Assembly (NCBI GenBank): GCA_963663165.1
Contig: OY760175.1
Coordinates: forward strand, 4,000,001 to 4,064,000
Source of the DNA: an uncultured Desulfospira sp.
GTDB taxonomy: Bacteria > Desulfobacterota > Desulfobacteria > Desulfobacterales > Desulfobacteraceae
Direction of reading: 5' to 3'
Length of the DNA stretch: 64,000 nucleotides
A program made the position numbers and the translations under genes. Each line of letters opens with the position of its first letter. The stretch's first letter is position 1. Shown here piece by piece: positions 39,530 through 50,605 of this stretch. Below the pieces are notes generated by a model, which was not told the origin of the DNA, did not search any database, and was given only the letters and a program-made list of their open reading frames with translations.

Positions 39530-40807
39530 TTACAGAAAAATCAGGCTTAAGCCCGGCCAGTAGGTGATGATGATGACCGACAGCAGCAGGACCAGCATAA
39601 AGGGAATGGTGGCCCGGTAAATGTCCATAATGGGCTTGTTGAACCGGTAGCCGGCGATAAACAGGTTCATGCCCACGGGCGGGGTGAAATAGCCGATCTG
39701 CATGTTGGCAAGAAAAATAATCCCTAAGTGAACCGGGTGGATGCCGTATTCCACGGCCACGGGCAGCATCAGGGGGACCATGATGATAATGGCCGAAAAG
39801 ATATCCAGCATGGCCCCTAAGACCAGCAGAAAAATATTAAGCAGCACCAGAAAGAGCAGCTTTCCCTCCACAAAGGTCCGGCAAAGCGCAAACAGCTTCA
39901 TGGGGGCTTCAGCGTCAATCAAAAAATTGGTAAAGGCAAGGGAAACCCCGAGAATCAGCAAAATGCCGCCCACCATGATCATGGACTCCCGGATAATGTC
40001 CATAAGCTTTTGAAGGCCGATTTCCCTGTAAATAAACATCTCCACGATCAGCACATACATGGCGGTGACGGCCGCGGCCTCGGACACGGCAAAATACCCG
40101 GAGTAAATCCCGAAAAACACGAACACGGGCAGGGGGATCTCCCAGATGGATTCCCTGACCGCCGCTTTGATTTTACCCAGGGAAAAAGGGGTCAGGGGAA
40201 CGGGATGTTTCCGGTTGGACCAGACCGACCAGGCCGACAGCATGCCGATCATGAGAAGGGCCGGAAGGATGCCGGCGATAAACAAATCCTCAATCCGGAT
40301 CCGGGCCCCGGTACTCATCTGCTGGGCAATGATTCCGTAAAGAATCAGGGGAAGGGACGGGGGAAGCAAAAGCCCCAGGCTTCCGGAAGTGGTGACCAGC
40401 CCCAGGCTGAAATCATCGCCGTACCCGGTCTGCTTTAAGGCCGGATACAGCAGCGCCCCGATGGCCACAATGGTCACCCCGGACGCCCCGGTAAACGCCG
40501 TAAAAAAAGCGCAGACCACAAAGGCCACAACGGCAAGGCCGCCGGGCATCCAGCCCAGAAAGGCCTGGGTCAGCCGGACCAGCCGCTTTGAGGTGCCGCT
40601 TTCGCCCAGGATATATCCGGCAAACGTGAACAGCGGCAACGCCAGCAGGATGGGGGTATCGGCGATGCGGTAAAGCTCAATGGCCATGACCGATAAATCC
40701 ACATCGCTGAAATAAAAGCCGGTCATGGCGGCTGCGGCAATCACCGTAAACAGCGGCGCCCCTAAAAAGGCGGCCAGAATAATCATTCCTGAAATCAGAT
40801 AGATCAT
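39530..40807 (-). CDS. dctM: TRAP transporter large permease
   Basis: LLALPLFTFAG, GSLGLLLPPS, TPPVGMNLF; highly hydrophobic. Confidence 0.93.
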   Translation of the reverse strand: MIYLISGMIILAAFLGAPLFTVIAAAAMTGFYFSDVDLSVMAIELYRIADTPILLALPLFTFAGYILGESGTSKRLVRLTQAFLGWMPGGLAVVAFVVCAFFTAFTGASGVTIVAIGALLYPALKQTGYGDDFSLGLVTTSGSLGLLLPPSLPLILYGIIAQQMSTGARIRIEDLFIAGILPALLMIGMLSAWSVWSNRKHPVPLTPFSLGKIKAAVRESIWEIPLPVFVFFGIYSGYFAVSEAAAVTAMYVLIVEMFIYREIGLQKLMDIIRESMIMVGGILLILGVSLAFTNFLIDAEAPMKLFALCRTFVEGKLLFLVLLNIFLLVLGAMLDIFSAIIIMVPLMLPVAVEYGIHPVHLGIIFLANMQIGYFTPPVGMNLFIAGYRFNKPIMDIYRATIPFMLVLLLSVIIITYWPGLSLIFL

Positions 40808-41355
40808 GGGCGGTTTGAAAAAAAATAGGTCATCAAATGATCTGCACAAAAGGCCGTGTACCTTAAACACATGACCAGAAATGCAATGGGAATAATGCTT
40901 TCACAGGCCCAGGCCGGAACCCGGCCAAAGGCCATATACCCATCTGCCATTTCCATTCTCACAAAAACGAAGCTGTGCCAGGCCAGCAAAAAAGTTACCC
41001 CTGCGGTAAACAGATGGATAAACAGGGTGGTGAACTGTTTGGCAGCGGACGGCAGATACCGGCTGATCACATCAATGCGGATGTGATTGTCATTGCGTGA
41101 CGCGGCCATGGCCCCGGCCAGGCCGATCCAGAGAACCAGGACCCGGATCAGGGAGTCCCCCCAGAGGATACCGGCATCCATGCCATTCCTTAAAAAAATC
41201 TGCACCACGGCAAGGCCAATCATCCCGATCAGCAGGCTGACCAGAACCGTGTCTTCAATTTTTTTAAAAAAAATGGCGGCCAGGAAAAAAATCCCTTCTT
41301 TTTTTCCGGAAAGATAACGGGTGCCCGGGGGCCGGTTTTTCAGGCTATCAGTCAT
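40804..41355 (-). CDS. dctQ: TRAP transporter small permease
   Basis: Four TMs, HIRID motif; lies between dctP and dctM. Confidence 0.88.
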   Translation of the reverse strand: MTDSLKNRPPGTRYLSGKKEGIFFLAAIFFKKIEDTVLVSLLIGMIGLAVVQIFLRNGMDAGILWGDSLIRVLVLWIGLAGAMAASRNDNHIRIDVISRYLPSAAKQFTTLFIHLFTAGVTFLLAWHSFVFVRMEMADGYMAFGRVPAWACESIIPIAFLVMCLRYTAFCADHLMTYFFSNRP

Positions 41356-42373
41356 TCTCTTTAAATTTGCCGGTGCGGTATTCGGCCAGGAGCCGGTCCA
41401 TTTTATCCACCACATCCTCGGGCAGGACACCGGATTCTTTCATTTTATCCGAGGCTTTATCCGCCGTCTGCTGCCATTCTTCCAGATCTTTCCCGCTGGG
41501 GGAAAGAAACTCTATTCCTCTTTGTTTCAGGACGTCAGACGCATTGATGTCATCTTCCCGGTTCCGGACATCAATTTCTTTGCAGGCCTTTGTCATGATC
41601 CGGGTAACAATCTCCCGGTCCGGCTCATTGATTTTCATAAATTTTTTCTTGTCAATGGCCATTACCCCGTAAAGATAAATCAAAGGGATGTCGGTCAGAT
41701 AACTGACCTGGGTGTGCCACTGAAGCACCACCGCCCCCACAGGAGAGGTGCCCACCGTGTCTATAAGGCCGGACTGAAGTCCGGTTCTCACATCGGACAG
41801 GGGCAGCGGAATCGGGTTGATATGAAAAATTTCAACCACATCCATGGTGAGCTTGTCATTGTCCGGAACCCACACCTTCCGGCCCGCAAGGTCGGACAGG
41901 GTTTTAACCGGCTTTTGGGACATGATATAGGAAAACCCGCCGCCAATAATGCCGAAGGTCACAAACCCGGCATCGTAAAGGCCGTCCACAATGAATTGGT
42001 CCATGTGCTTCCGGACATAATCCACTTCCTTCTGGTTCCGGAATTTCATGGGCTGGGCATAGATCTGGTTGGCCGGAAAGAACTTGGCAAGGCTGCCGCC
42101 CACCACGGCCCCGCCCTGGAGCTGGCCGGCCCTGATTTTCCGAAGCACGGCATTGTCGTTTCCCATGACCCCGCCCGGGTAAAATTTAAAATTCACCCGG
42201 TTTTCGGTTTCTTTGGCTACCATCTTCGCCCCCTGGCGCATCTTTTCCATCCACATGGAACCTTCCGGCGAAAGGGTGGCGATTTTCAGGGTGGTTCCCC
42301 AGGCGGCTGAAACAGTTAAAAACACCAGCCCCCAGAAAGCAACCAGGGGAATTACAACTGATTTGATTCGCAT
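41348..42373 (-). CDS. dctP: TRAP transporter substrate-binding protein (TatP-like)
   Basis: LKIATLSPEGSMW, FYPGGVMG, GLQSGLID. Confidence 0.9.
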   Translation of the reverse strand: MRIKSVVIPLVAFWGLVFLTVSAAWGTTLKIATLSPEGSMWMEKMRQGAKMVAKETENRVNFKFYPGGVMGNDNAVLRKIRAGQLQGGAVVGGSLAKFFPANQIYAQPMKFRNQKEVDYVRKHMDQFIVDGLYDAGFVTFGIIGGGFSYIMSQKPVKTLSDLAGRKVWVPDNDKLTMDVVEIFHINPIPLPLSDVRTGLQSGLIDTVGTSPVGAVVLQWHTQVSYLTDIPLIYLYGVMAIDKKKFMKINEPDREIVTRIMTKACKEIDVRNREDDINASDVLKQRGIEFLSPSGKDLEEWQQTADKASDKMKESGVLPEDVVDKMDRLLAEYRTGKFKEND

Positions 42374-42403
42374 TTTATATCTCCAGATTGAAAAATCCAT
42401 TTT

Positions 42404-43291
42404 TCAGAAATAATCGTCTGCCTGGTCCAGAAGCGCCTTGGCCCGGGTCCGGGCATAGGTATTGACCAGGGTCTGGCCGGGAACCACCGGGTCTGTGTCC
42501 AGGACCTCTTTTAGCAGCCGGTCATGAAGCTCCCGCTCAAACATCATCCGGGCGTAAAATTGGGCATACATGACCTTGGCCATCAGGTTTTTCCCTTTTG
42601 ACAGGGCAATGGCCTTTTCAAAGTACACCTTTCCCTGTTCGGGCTTTCCACCTAAGGCCGGGGGCAGGAAGGTGGCCAGGGTGCCAAGGTACAGGTAGGC
42701 AGCCCCGTCCCGGTAAGTTTCATCCAGCCGGGTCACCTTGACCATGATATCTTCAATGCGGGAGATATCGGCCAGGGCATTGAAATCGCCTTTCCGGGCC
42801 ATGATCCAGCCGGCCCAGGCACTGCCTGCGGCAAACAAAGGCTCAATATCTTTTTGTGTCATGGCCTCAATGTGCGCCCTAAACTCGGGGTATGGGGCGT
42901 CTTTCAGGCCACAGGCGCTTTTCTGAGAAGCGCAGACCGCCCTTAAGGCATAATCCAGGGCCTTGGCCGTAATCTTTTTATGCCGGTCCGGGTCCCGGAC
43001 GAACACATCCCCATAGGCCGTGTACAGCATAGCGGCCGTGGACAGCATGTCTTTGGAATCCGGATCATTGCTGATCAGGCCGTCGATCATGAGCAGGTAA
43101 GCCGGGGCCCCTGTTTCAACCATGGCCAGATCGTCATTGTTGACAATGGCATCGGACAGGCCGGACATCATTTGGGATTTGACGGAACAGCCCTGGATCA
43201 GCAGTGTGCCAACCACCAGGCCAGCCAGAAAAATCTTAGGCAGCAACCAGGAACTTAAAATGTTCCGCTCCCTTTTTTGAATGGCTCTCAT
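42404..43291 (-). CDS. TatT family lipoprotein (TPR partner of TRAP; TPAT system)
   Basis: Lipobox IQGC, GAPAYLLMIDGL, PPALGGKPE, FEKAIALS.G; upstream of dctPQM. Confidence 0.82.
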   Translation of the reverse strand: MRAIQKRERNILSSWLLPKIFLAGLVVGTLLIQGCSVKSQMMSGLSDAIVNNDDLAMVETGAPAYLLMIDGLISNDPDSKDMLSTAAMLYTAYGDVFVRDPDRHKKITAKALDYALRAVCASQKSACGLKDAPYPEFRAHIEAMTQKDIEPLFAAGSAWAGWIMARKGDFNALADISRIEDIMVKVTRLDETYRDGAAYLYLGTLATFLPPALGGKPEQGKVYFEKAIALSKGKNLMAKVMYAQFYARMMFERELHDRLLKEVLDTDPVVPGQTLVNTYARTRAKALLDQADDYF

Positions 43292-43522
43292 AGCCCGAAA
43301 ACTAACCTGTTTACAACAAAATTGCAACCTGGTTTCCCCGGGCCGGACCGTTCCTAGCAAAGATCTAAAAAAGGAAGGAACACTTTTTCTATAAATCAGC
43401 TGGTTTCGTGGTGTAATATTCCTGAAATCAGGGTATAATGCGGCAAACAAAGTAAAATGGCCGCTTTAAAGCAACCGCAGGGTGATGTTTAATTCCGGCA
43501 TGGCTGACAAGGGTGGGTACCA

Positions 43523-44983
43523 ATGAAAAAATTCTGTTGCATGATGCTGATGGTTACCGGGTTCATGTCCCTGGGTGGTGCCTTTTCAGGGACTTTTGGC
43601 AGCCAGCCCATCCACGTCGTTCCCGTGGAAGGCATGGTGGAGCCGGGCATGGCCGCCTTTGTCAAACGAAGCCTTGCCCAGATCCCGGACAAGGAAGATA
43701 CGGTCATTGTATTAAAGATGGACACCTTTGGCGGCCGGGTGGATTCGGCCCTTGAAATCGTGGATGCCATCACCGGCATAACAAAGGGAAAAACCATCTC
43801 TTATGTGGAAAAACGGGCCATCTCTGCCGGCGCCCTCATCTCTCTTGCCGGAAATGTTCTGGTCATGAAAAACCATACCCTGATCGGGGACTGTGCCCCC
43901 ATGTTCCAGACCAATGAAGGCCAGAAAGAGGCCGGGGAAAAGACCCAGACCGTTTTGCGGGCCCAGTTCAGGTCCCTGGCCAAAAGAAACCATTACCCTG
44001 AAATCCTGGCCGAATCCATGGTCACCAAGGACATGGCCGTATATGAAGTGACCCTGGACGGTGAAACAAAATTCATGGACCAGACCCATTGGAACGACCT
44101 GACCGAAGCGCAACAGAAAAAAGCCGTAAAAAAGACCATCGTGGACAAAGGCGAACTGCTCACCATGGATGATACCGAGGCCTTGAACCTTAAGTTTTCC
44201 AGGGCCAGCGTTTCAGACCTGGACCAGGCCCTGGCCATCCTGGGATACGACGATTATGAATTGATCCCCCTGGCAGAATCCTGGTCTGAAAGCCTTGTCA
44301 GAATGCTCCAGCCCATTTTGCCCCTGCTCATGCTGGTGGGCATCGGGGCCATATACACGGAAATCAAAGCCCCGGGATTCGGCCTTCCCGGCATTATCGG
44401 CATTGTCTGTCTGGCCCTGGTATTTTTCAACCAGCACCTGGTGGGCCTGGCCGACTATACCGAGCTTTTGATCTTTCTTTGCGGCTGCCTGCTTTTGGGA
44501 TTTGAAGCCTTTGTTCTCCCGGGGTTTGGCATTGCCGGAATATCCGGAATCATTGTTATTGCCGCAGGCCTGGTCCTGTCCTTCCAGGATTTTGTGATCC
44601 CGAGCCCGGACCTGCCCTGGCAAAAAGCCCTGCTCATGAAAAATCTGGCCCTGGTGTTTGGATCATTTATCGGCGCATTTCTGGTCTCCCTTTTTGTGAT
44701 CCGGTTTATCCTGCCAAAAATTTCCCTGGTGGTAAAAGGACCCTACCTGACGGCGACCTTAAAAGATTCCCATGCCGATTCCGGCGAGGCGGTACAGGTT
44801 AACCCAGGGGATACCGGAGAAGCATTGACACCTTTCAGGCCCGCCGGAAAAATGAAGCTGAACAACAAAAGAATTGATGCCGTCAGCCGGGGGGAATTCA
44901 TTCCCAAAGGCTCCCGGGTGGTGGTGGATGCGGTGGAAAGAAACAAGGTGATTGTGAAACTCAAAGAAGAGGCCCGGGGATGA
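43523..44983 (+). CDS. nfeD: Long NfeD family protein (ClpP-like domain + TMs + OB fold)
   Basis: DTFGGRVDSA, AISAGALI, EIKAPGFG, C-terminal TPFRPAGK...DAVS.GEFI.KG. Confidence 0.88.
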   Translation: MKKFCCMMLMVTGFMSLGGAFSGTFGSQPIHVVPVEGMVEPGMAAFVKRSLAQIPDKEDTVIVLKMDTFGGRVDSALEIVDAITGITKGKTISYVEKRAISAGALISLAGNVLVMKNHTLIGDCAPMFQTNEGQKEAGEKTQTVLRAQFRSLAKRNHYPEILAESMVTKDMAVYEVTLDGETKFMDQTHWNDLTEAQQKKAVKKTIVDKGELLTMDDTEALNLKFSRASVSDLDQALAILGYDDYELIPLAESWSESLVRMLQPILPLLMLVGIGAIYTEIKAPGFGLPGIIGIVCLALVFFNQHLVGLADYTELLIFLCGCLLLGFEAFVLPGFGIAGISGIIVIAAGLVLSFQDFVIPSPDLPWQKALLMKNLALVFGSFIGAFLVSLFVIRFILPKISLVVKGPYLTATLKDSHADSGEAVQVNPGDTGEALTPFRPAGKMKLNNKRIDAVSRGEFIPKGSRVVVDAVERNKVIVKLKEEARG

Positions 44984-45468
44984 ACGCTTATATTTTACCT
45001 GCTGCGTTACAGATTTTGGGAATACTGGTGATTGTCGTTGAAATTTTCGTCCCGTCCATGGGGATTTTGTCCCTTCTGGCGGCAGGGCTGCTGATTTACT
45101 CCCTGGTTATTGTCTTCGGCCAGATTTCCCAGGCCGCCGGAATGGTTTTTTTAGGCGTTGACCTGGTGGCGGTGCCGCTCCTTTTTTATTTTGGGATACG
45201 GGTCCTTGGCGCATCATCCCTGTCCCTTCAAAGCAAACTGTCCAGCCGGGACGGGGTCACCTCCGAGTCTCCGGATTTAAAAACATGGAAAGGCAAGACC
45301 GGAAAAGCCGTTACCACCCTTCGGCCTGCCGGCATGGCCCTGATCGATGAGAAACGGCTGGATGTGGTCACAGAGGGCGAGTATGTGGTATCCGGAACCC
45401 GGGTTAAAGTCGCCGATGTCAGGGGGAACCAGATTATTGTAGAACCGATTGAGGATATGGACATATAA
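44980..45468 (+). CDS. Short NfeD family protein
   Basis: EIFVPSMG, TMs, GKAVTTLRPAG...DVVTEG. Confidence 0.85.
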   Translation: MNAYILPAALQILGILVIVVEIFVPSMGILSLLAAGLLIYSLVIVFGQISQAAGMVFLGVDLVAVPLLFYFGIRVLGASSLSLQSKLSSRDGVTSESPDLKTWKGKTGKAVTTLRPAGMALIDEKRLDVVTEGEYVVSGTRVKVADVRGNQIIVEPIEDMDI

Positions 45469-45531
45469 GGGTTTTTATATGTTGACATAATATAAGTTTA
45501 AGTTTTTAACCAGCGTAAAGGAGAACATTTC

Positions 45532-46515
45532 ATGGATTTAATGGTTATTCTGACAATTATTGCAGGAATTCTTTTCCTGGTGCTGTTTTACTTTATCTTT
45601 TCTTATATCGCCCTCTGGATCCAGGCCCTGGTGTCCGGGGCAAGGGTGGGCCTGATCAACATTATCTTTATGCGGTTTAGAAAAGTGCCCCCCAAACTTA
45701 TCGTGGAATCCAAAATCATGGCCGTTAAAGCCGGTCTGGAGATTCCAACGGACAGCCTGGAATCCCATTTTCTGGCCGGCGGCAATGTGCCCCGGGTGAT
45801 CCAGGCCCTGATCGCTGCGGATAAGGCCAATATTGAACTGTCCTTTAACCGGACCGCCGCCATTGACCTTGCCGGCCGGGATGTCCTGGAAGCGGTTCAG
45901 ATGTCCGTCAACCCCAAGGTAATTGAAACCCCGCTGGTGGCGGCCATGGCCAAGGACGGCATCCAGCTCAAGGCGGTTTCCAGGGTCACGGTCCGGGCCA
46001 ATATTGACCGCCTGGTAGGGGGCGCCGGCGAGGAAACCATCCTGGCAAGGGTCGGGGAAGGCATTGTCACCACCATCGGTTCCGCCCTCACCCATAAGCA
46101 TGTGCTGGAAAATCCGGATATGATCTCCAAAACCGTCCTGAGCAAAGGGCTTGATGCCGGCACGGCCTATGAAATCCTGTCCATTGATATTGCCGATGTG
46201 GATGTGGGCAAGAATATCGGTGCTGAACTTGAAACCGACCGGGCCGAGGCTGACAAGAAAATCGCCCAGGCCAAGGCAGAGGAAAAACGGGCCATGGCCT
46301 TTGCCCAGGAACAGGAGATGAAGGCCAGGGTCCAGGAAATGAAGGCAAAGGTAGTGGAAGCCGAGGCCCAGGTTCCCCTGGCCATGGCTGAAGCCTTCAG
46401 GAGCGGAAACCTGGGGATCATGGATTATTACAGGATGCAGAACATTTCAGCCGATACACGGATGAGGGACCAGATCGCAACGGATGCGCCCCCTGAAATG
46501 CCTGAAAAGGATTAA
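45532..46515 (+). CDS. floA: Flotillin-like protein FloA (YqfA)
   Basis: [63 protein letters not shown]. Confidence 0.93.
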   Translation: MDLMVILTIIAGILFLVLFYFIFSYIALWIQALVSGARVGLINIIFMRFRKVPPKLIVESKIMAVKAGLEIPTDSLESHFLAGGNVPRVIQALIAADKANIELSFNRTAAIDLAGRDVLEAVQMSVNPKVIETPLVAAMAKDGIQLKAVSRVTVRANIDRLVGGAGEETILARVGEGIVTTIGSALTHKHVLENPDMISKTVLSKGLDAGTAYEILSIDIADVDVGKNIGAELETDRAEADKKIAQAKAEEKRAMAFAQEQEMKARVQEMKAKVVEAEAQVPLAMAEAFRSGNLGIMDYYRMQNISADTRMRDQIATDAPPEMPEKD

Positions 46516-46520
46516 ACCCC

Positions 46521-47078
46521 ATGGATTTTGATACCCTTATCAATATTGTTATCCTGGTGTTATTTTTCGTGCTGCCGGCTGTTTTAAACCGGTTCAAGAA
46601 AAAGGCCCGAAAAGCCTCAGCCGCCACCGCCAAAAAGAAAACCGGAAAGCCAAAATCACTTATTTTCGGAAATATTTCAGATCAGATCCAGAAATTCCTC
46701 AAGGATCTGGAGCAGCAGGCCAGGCAACAGGAGCAATCCGCTGATAAAACCGTCTGGGATGAGCTTGCCCGGGAGCCGGGGTATGAAGATGAAGACGTCT
46801 CGGAAGAGGATGTCCGGCTGCCGGAAGGTTGGGATAAGCCGCCGGTTGAAAAAGCACCTGAACCATGGAAACCGGCCCCTTATGCGGCCGCTGAATCTGA
46901 GCGACATGGGCGACAAGCCCGCGTAAAACCCAAACGTTACAGACCCTCGCCGCCGCCATTGGCAGACTGTCAGGCGAAGGCCCGGGCCCGGAACAGGGCC
47001 TGCCGTCTTCGCCGGGCCGTGGTGTGGTCGGAGATACTGGGAAAACCAGTGGCTCTCAAACGGGGGGTCAAACCTTGA
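46521..47078 (+). CDS. Hypothetical membrane-anchored protein (YqfB-like position in the floA operon)
   Basis: N-terminal TM, low-complexity middle, C-terminal LRRAVVWSEILGKP. Confidence 0.65.
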   Translation: MDFDTLINIVILVLFFVLPAVLNRFKKKARKASAATAKKKTGKPKSLIFGNISDQIQKFLKDLEQQARQQEQSADKTVWDELAREPGYEDEDVSEEDVRLPEGWDKPPVEKAPEPWKPAPYAAAESERHGRQARVKPKRYRPSPPPLADCQAKARARNRACRLRRAVVWSEILGKPVALKRGVKP

Positions 47079-47148
47079 TTATAGCATTATACGTCGAAAC
47101 GGATGGATGCTAAAGACCATAATCAAGGTTTGACCCCTTTTTTTTTTT
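47064..47148 (+). repeat. 19-bp perfect inverted repeat with long spacer, followed by a T-run (REP-like and/or terminator)
   Basis: ggggtcaaaccttgattat (47064-47082) / ataatcaaggtttgacccc (47119-47137), then poly-T. Confidence 0.7.
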
Positions 47149-47270
47149 CAGTTTTCTTGACAAAACGCGTTTTCCCGTCCTATATCCTAATTTTCTAATT
47201 TTATTGTAAAAGCAGTTATCGCTTACGATGGTCCGGTTGAGGTGGTTTTCTCAGGAGGGTAAGGGAACAG

Positions 47271-50036
47271 ATGCTTAAATCGCTAAGATCAAGAATATTG
47301 ATAATCGTCATATCCGTCATAATTGTTACCATAACCGGCATCGCATTTTTTGTTCAAAAAGAGGTCACCAAAACCCTGTCGCGGGTTTACGATGAAAGTC
47401 TCAAAAACCTGCTGAATGCCGTGGTTCTAAATGTTGCGAACCAGTACAACAGCCTGGTTTTTCAAAAAGAAGCCTCCCTTGACATCAGAAAAAACGACAG
47501 CAAGTATATTGTTACCGTGGCCCTTGCGGTGATTGACGAAATCTATAAAAAACAGCAGCAGAATTTATTAACCGAACAACAGGCCAAGGAGCTGGCCAAA
47601 ACTTTTCTTAAGGGCATGCGCTATAACAACGGCGTAGGATATCTCTGGATAAACGATATGGGCAGGCCCATCCCCCGAATGATCATGCACGGCGCCATGC
47701 CGGAACTTGACGGCCAGGTGTTCGACGACCCCAAATACAATTGCGCCCTTGGGATTAAAAAAAACCTGCTCCAGGCATTCATGGAAACCTGCCAAAAAGA
47801 CGGGCAGGGGTATGTGGACTACCTGTGGCCCAAGCCCACAAAAGACGGCGTAACCACCTTCCAGCCGAAAATCTCCTATGTTTCCCTGTTCAAACCCTGG
47901 AACTGGGTGGTGGGAACAGGGGTATATGTTGAAGATATTGAGGCGGATTCCCAAAAAAGGCTGGATGCCATTATCCTGGAGTTAAAACAGACCATTGCCG
48001 GTGTTCAGCTGTTTAAAACAGGGTACATGTTTATTTTTAACCATGAAAAACAGATCCTTGTCCACCCGGTTCTTTCCGGTCTCGACGGCAGCGCTTTGGA
48101 AGACCCCCGGAGCCGTTCCTCCCTTCTGGACAACTTGATCACCGCATCAAAAACCCCTGAAACACCCTATGAGTACTTATGGAACAAGCAGCTGCAGAAC
48201 AGAGGCGAATTCAAAGATTTAAAACGGGCCTATGTCCGGTATTTTGAGCCCATGGACTGGTATATTGTATGCTCCGTATATGTGGATGAGGTCCAGGAAG
48301 TATCCCAGTTGCTGGTGGTTTATATTATCAGCCTGTCCGGTTTATTTATTCTGGCCGCTGTCCTTTTTTCGGTTCAGATTTCCAAAACCCTGACAGAACC
48401 TTTGAGAAAACTGATGCTTTCAGCCGAACGGATCGAAAAAGAGGGCCTTTTTTCCGAAAAAATGCCTGTTACCGGGACGGTTGAAACCATGGCGTTAGGA
48501 AATATTTTAAACCAAATGATTGATTCCATCAGCACCTCTGTCACAGAGAAGGAAACCCTGTTAACAAAGCTGCAGGATGCCCATAACGAACTTGAACAGC
48601 GGGTGCTGGATCGCACTAATGATCTTGAAGCGGCGAACCGGGCGCTGACAGAGGCCAAGGAAAAAGCCGAAGTCGCCAATCAGTCCAAGAGCGTGTTTTT
48701 AGCCAATATGTCCCACGAAATCAGAACGCCCATGAACGCCATCCTCGGGCATGCCCAGATCATGGCCAGGGATAAGACCATGACAGCCGGGCAGCAAAAA
48801 GGCGTGGCGTCCATCAACAAAAGCGGGGAACATTTACTCACCCTGATCAACGATGTGCTGGATATGTCCAAAATAGAGGCCGGCAAAATAAAAATTATCC
48901 CCTCGTCCTTTCGGCTCCATGCATTGCTTAACGAAATAGGCGAAATGTTCCGCTTCCGGCTGGATCAGAAAGGCCTGATGTTTAAGACATCTCTTTGCCC
49001 GGATCTGCCGGACCTGATCAAGGCCGATGAAGGCCGGGTCCGCCAGATTATACTTAATCTGGTGGGAAATGCCGTCAAGTTTACGGAAAAAGGCGGCATC
49101 ACCATAACGGCAAATGTGAAAGGCGGCCTCATACAGCTGGTGGTTTCCGATACCGGGCACGGCATCCCCCAAGAAAGCCAAAAAACGATTTTTCAAGCCT
49201 TTGAGCAATCTGAAAAAGGAATGCGGACAGAAGGGGGTACAGGCCTGGGCCTTGCCATCAGCAGACAGATGGCCAGATTGATGGGAGGAGACATTGTTGT
49301 TGAAAGTGTTGTCGGTGAAGGTTCAAGCTTTACCTTCACCTTTGAATTCAAGCCCGGGGATAAAACAGAACTCTCAAGCAAGGTCCCTGAGCGGTATCCC
49401 CAAAAAATTGCCCCCGGCCATGACCCTGTCACCGTTCTTGTGGTTGATGACCGGAAAGAAAACAGGGACGTTGTCAAACTGATGCTTGAACCCATCGGCT
49501 TTCATCTCACCGAAGCGGTCAACGGGAAGGAGGCTGTTGATATATTCGAAAAACAAAAACCCCGGATCATTCTCATGGATGTGGTCATGCCGGTCATGGA
49601 CGGCGTGGAGGCGACAAAACAGATCAAATCCCATGAAGACGGTGCCGATACCTTTATTCTAATACTCAGTGCCAGCGCCCTGGACCAGGAAAGGGAGCAG
49701 GTCATGAAAAACGGCGCGGATGCCTTCATGAAAAAACCCTTTAAAGCCGTGGATCTCCTTGAAAAGATACGCCGCCATGCCGGAATAGAATACGAGTATG
49801 AACAAATAGAATCCCAAAACAAGCCGCCGGATGATGAAACCTTCGATCCAAAACGGATTGAATCGCTGCCCATGGAAATCAGAAGCCAGATCAAGGAGGC
49901 GGCGATCCTGGGAAAAATGGACGAACTTGAGGATTTAGCGGCCCGGCTCCATGACCTGGATACACGTACGGCAGCTCATTTGCAGGGCCTTGTGGATGAT
50001 TTTGAGTTGGATATAATTCAGCGACTTTTCGAGTAG
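47271..50036 (+). CDS. Hybrid histidine kinase (Cache-HAMP-HisKA-HATPase-REC)
   Basis: [23 protein letters not shown] (Cache), [28 protein letters not shown]. Confidence 0.92.
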   Translation: MLKSLRSRILIIVISVIIVTITGIAFFVQKEVTKTLSRVYDESLKNLLNAVVLNVANQYNSLVFQKEASLDIRKNDSKYIVTVALAVIDEIYKKQQQNLLTEQQAKELAKTFLKGMRYNNGVGYLWINDMGRPIPRMIMHGAMPELDGQVFDDPKYNCALGIKKNLLQAFMETCQKDGQGYVDYLWPKPTKDGVTTFQPKISYVSLFKPWNWVVGTGVYVEDIEADSQKRLDAIILELKQTIAGVQLFKTGYMFIFNHEKQILVHPVLSGLDGSALEDPRSRSSLLDNLITASKTPETPYEYLWNKQLQNRGEFKDLKRAYVRYFEPMDWYIVCSVYVDEVQEVSQLLVVYIISLSGLFILAAVLFSVQISKTLTEPLRKLMLSAERIEKEGLFSEKMPVTGTVETMALGNILNQMIDSISTSVTEKETLLTKLQDAHNELEQRVLDRTNDLEAANRALTEAKEKAEVANQSKSVFLANMSHEIRTPMNAILGHAQIMARDKTMTAGQQKGVASINKSGEHLLTLINDVLDMSKIEAGKIKIIPSSFRLHALLNEIGEMFRFRLDQKGLMFKTSLCPDLPDLIKADEGRVRQIILNLVGNAVKFTEKGGITITANVKGGLIQLVVSDTGHGIPQESQKTIFQAFEQSEKGMRTEGGTGLGLAISRQMARLMGGDIVVESVVGEGSSFTFTFEFKPGDKTELSSKVPERYPQKIAPGHDPVTVLVVDDRKENRDVVKLMLEPIGFHLTEAVNGKEAVDIFEKQKPRIILMDVVMPVMDGVEATKQIKSHEDGADTFILILSASALDQEREQVMKNGADAFMKKPFKAVDLLEKIRRHAGIEYEYEQIESQNKPPDDETFDPKRIESLPMEIRSQIKEAAILGKMDELEDLAARLHDLDTRTAAHLQGLVDDFELDIIQRLFE

Positions 50037-50066
50037 ACACAAACTTACGGCAACGGGGGAAAAAAA

Positions 50067-50540
50067 ATGGAACAGACTGTGGGCGAATTGCTGATTGTTG
50101 ATGACAACCCTGAAAATCTGCGTGTGTTAAGTTTAATGCTAAAGCAGGAAGGATATGGTGTGCGCGCCGCCAAAAATGCCAAACAGGCCCTGGCAAGCAT
50201 TGATAAATCTGAACCGGACCTGATGCTTCTCGACATTCATATGCCGGAAATGGACGGATTTGAACTGTGCCGGCAGATCAAAAAACAACCGCAATTTCAA
50301 ACCCTTCCCATTATTTTTTTAAGCGCACTCAACGACACATTTAACAAAAAACAGGGGTTTGAAGCCGGTGGCGTGGATTACATGACCAAACCCTTTGATG
50401 TCGAGGAAGTAAGGATCAGAATCAAAACCCATCTTAACCTTAAAAAAAGCCTGATGGCCCTGGATCGGCTCAAAGAAAAAATCGCTCAAAAAGATGAACA
50501 GATAAAACAGCTCAAAGCCATGCTGAATAAGGATTCCTGA
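50067..50540 (+). CDS. Response regulator (receiver + coiled coil)
   Basis: LIVDD, LLDIHMPEMDG, DYMTKPF. Confidence 0.9.
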   Translation: MEQTVGELLIVDDNPENLRVLSLMLKQEGYGVRAAKNAKQALASIDKSEPDLMLLDIHMPEMDGFELCRQIKKQPQFQTLPIIFLSALNDTFNKKQGFEAGGVDYMTKPFDVEEVRIRIKTHLNLKKSLMALDRLKEKIAQKDEQIKQLKAMLNKDS

Positions 50541-50605
50541 ATTAATCCCTGACCGGTAAACAAGGCCTAAAAACAAGGCCGGCAATTAAAAAAGGAAAAC
50601 AAATC

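Noticed and set aside
41321..42310. Long antisense ORF (329 aa) opposite dctP, and similar shadow ORFs elsewhere
   Set aside because: Antisense shadows of well-supported genes in GC-rich coding DNA; no motifs.
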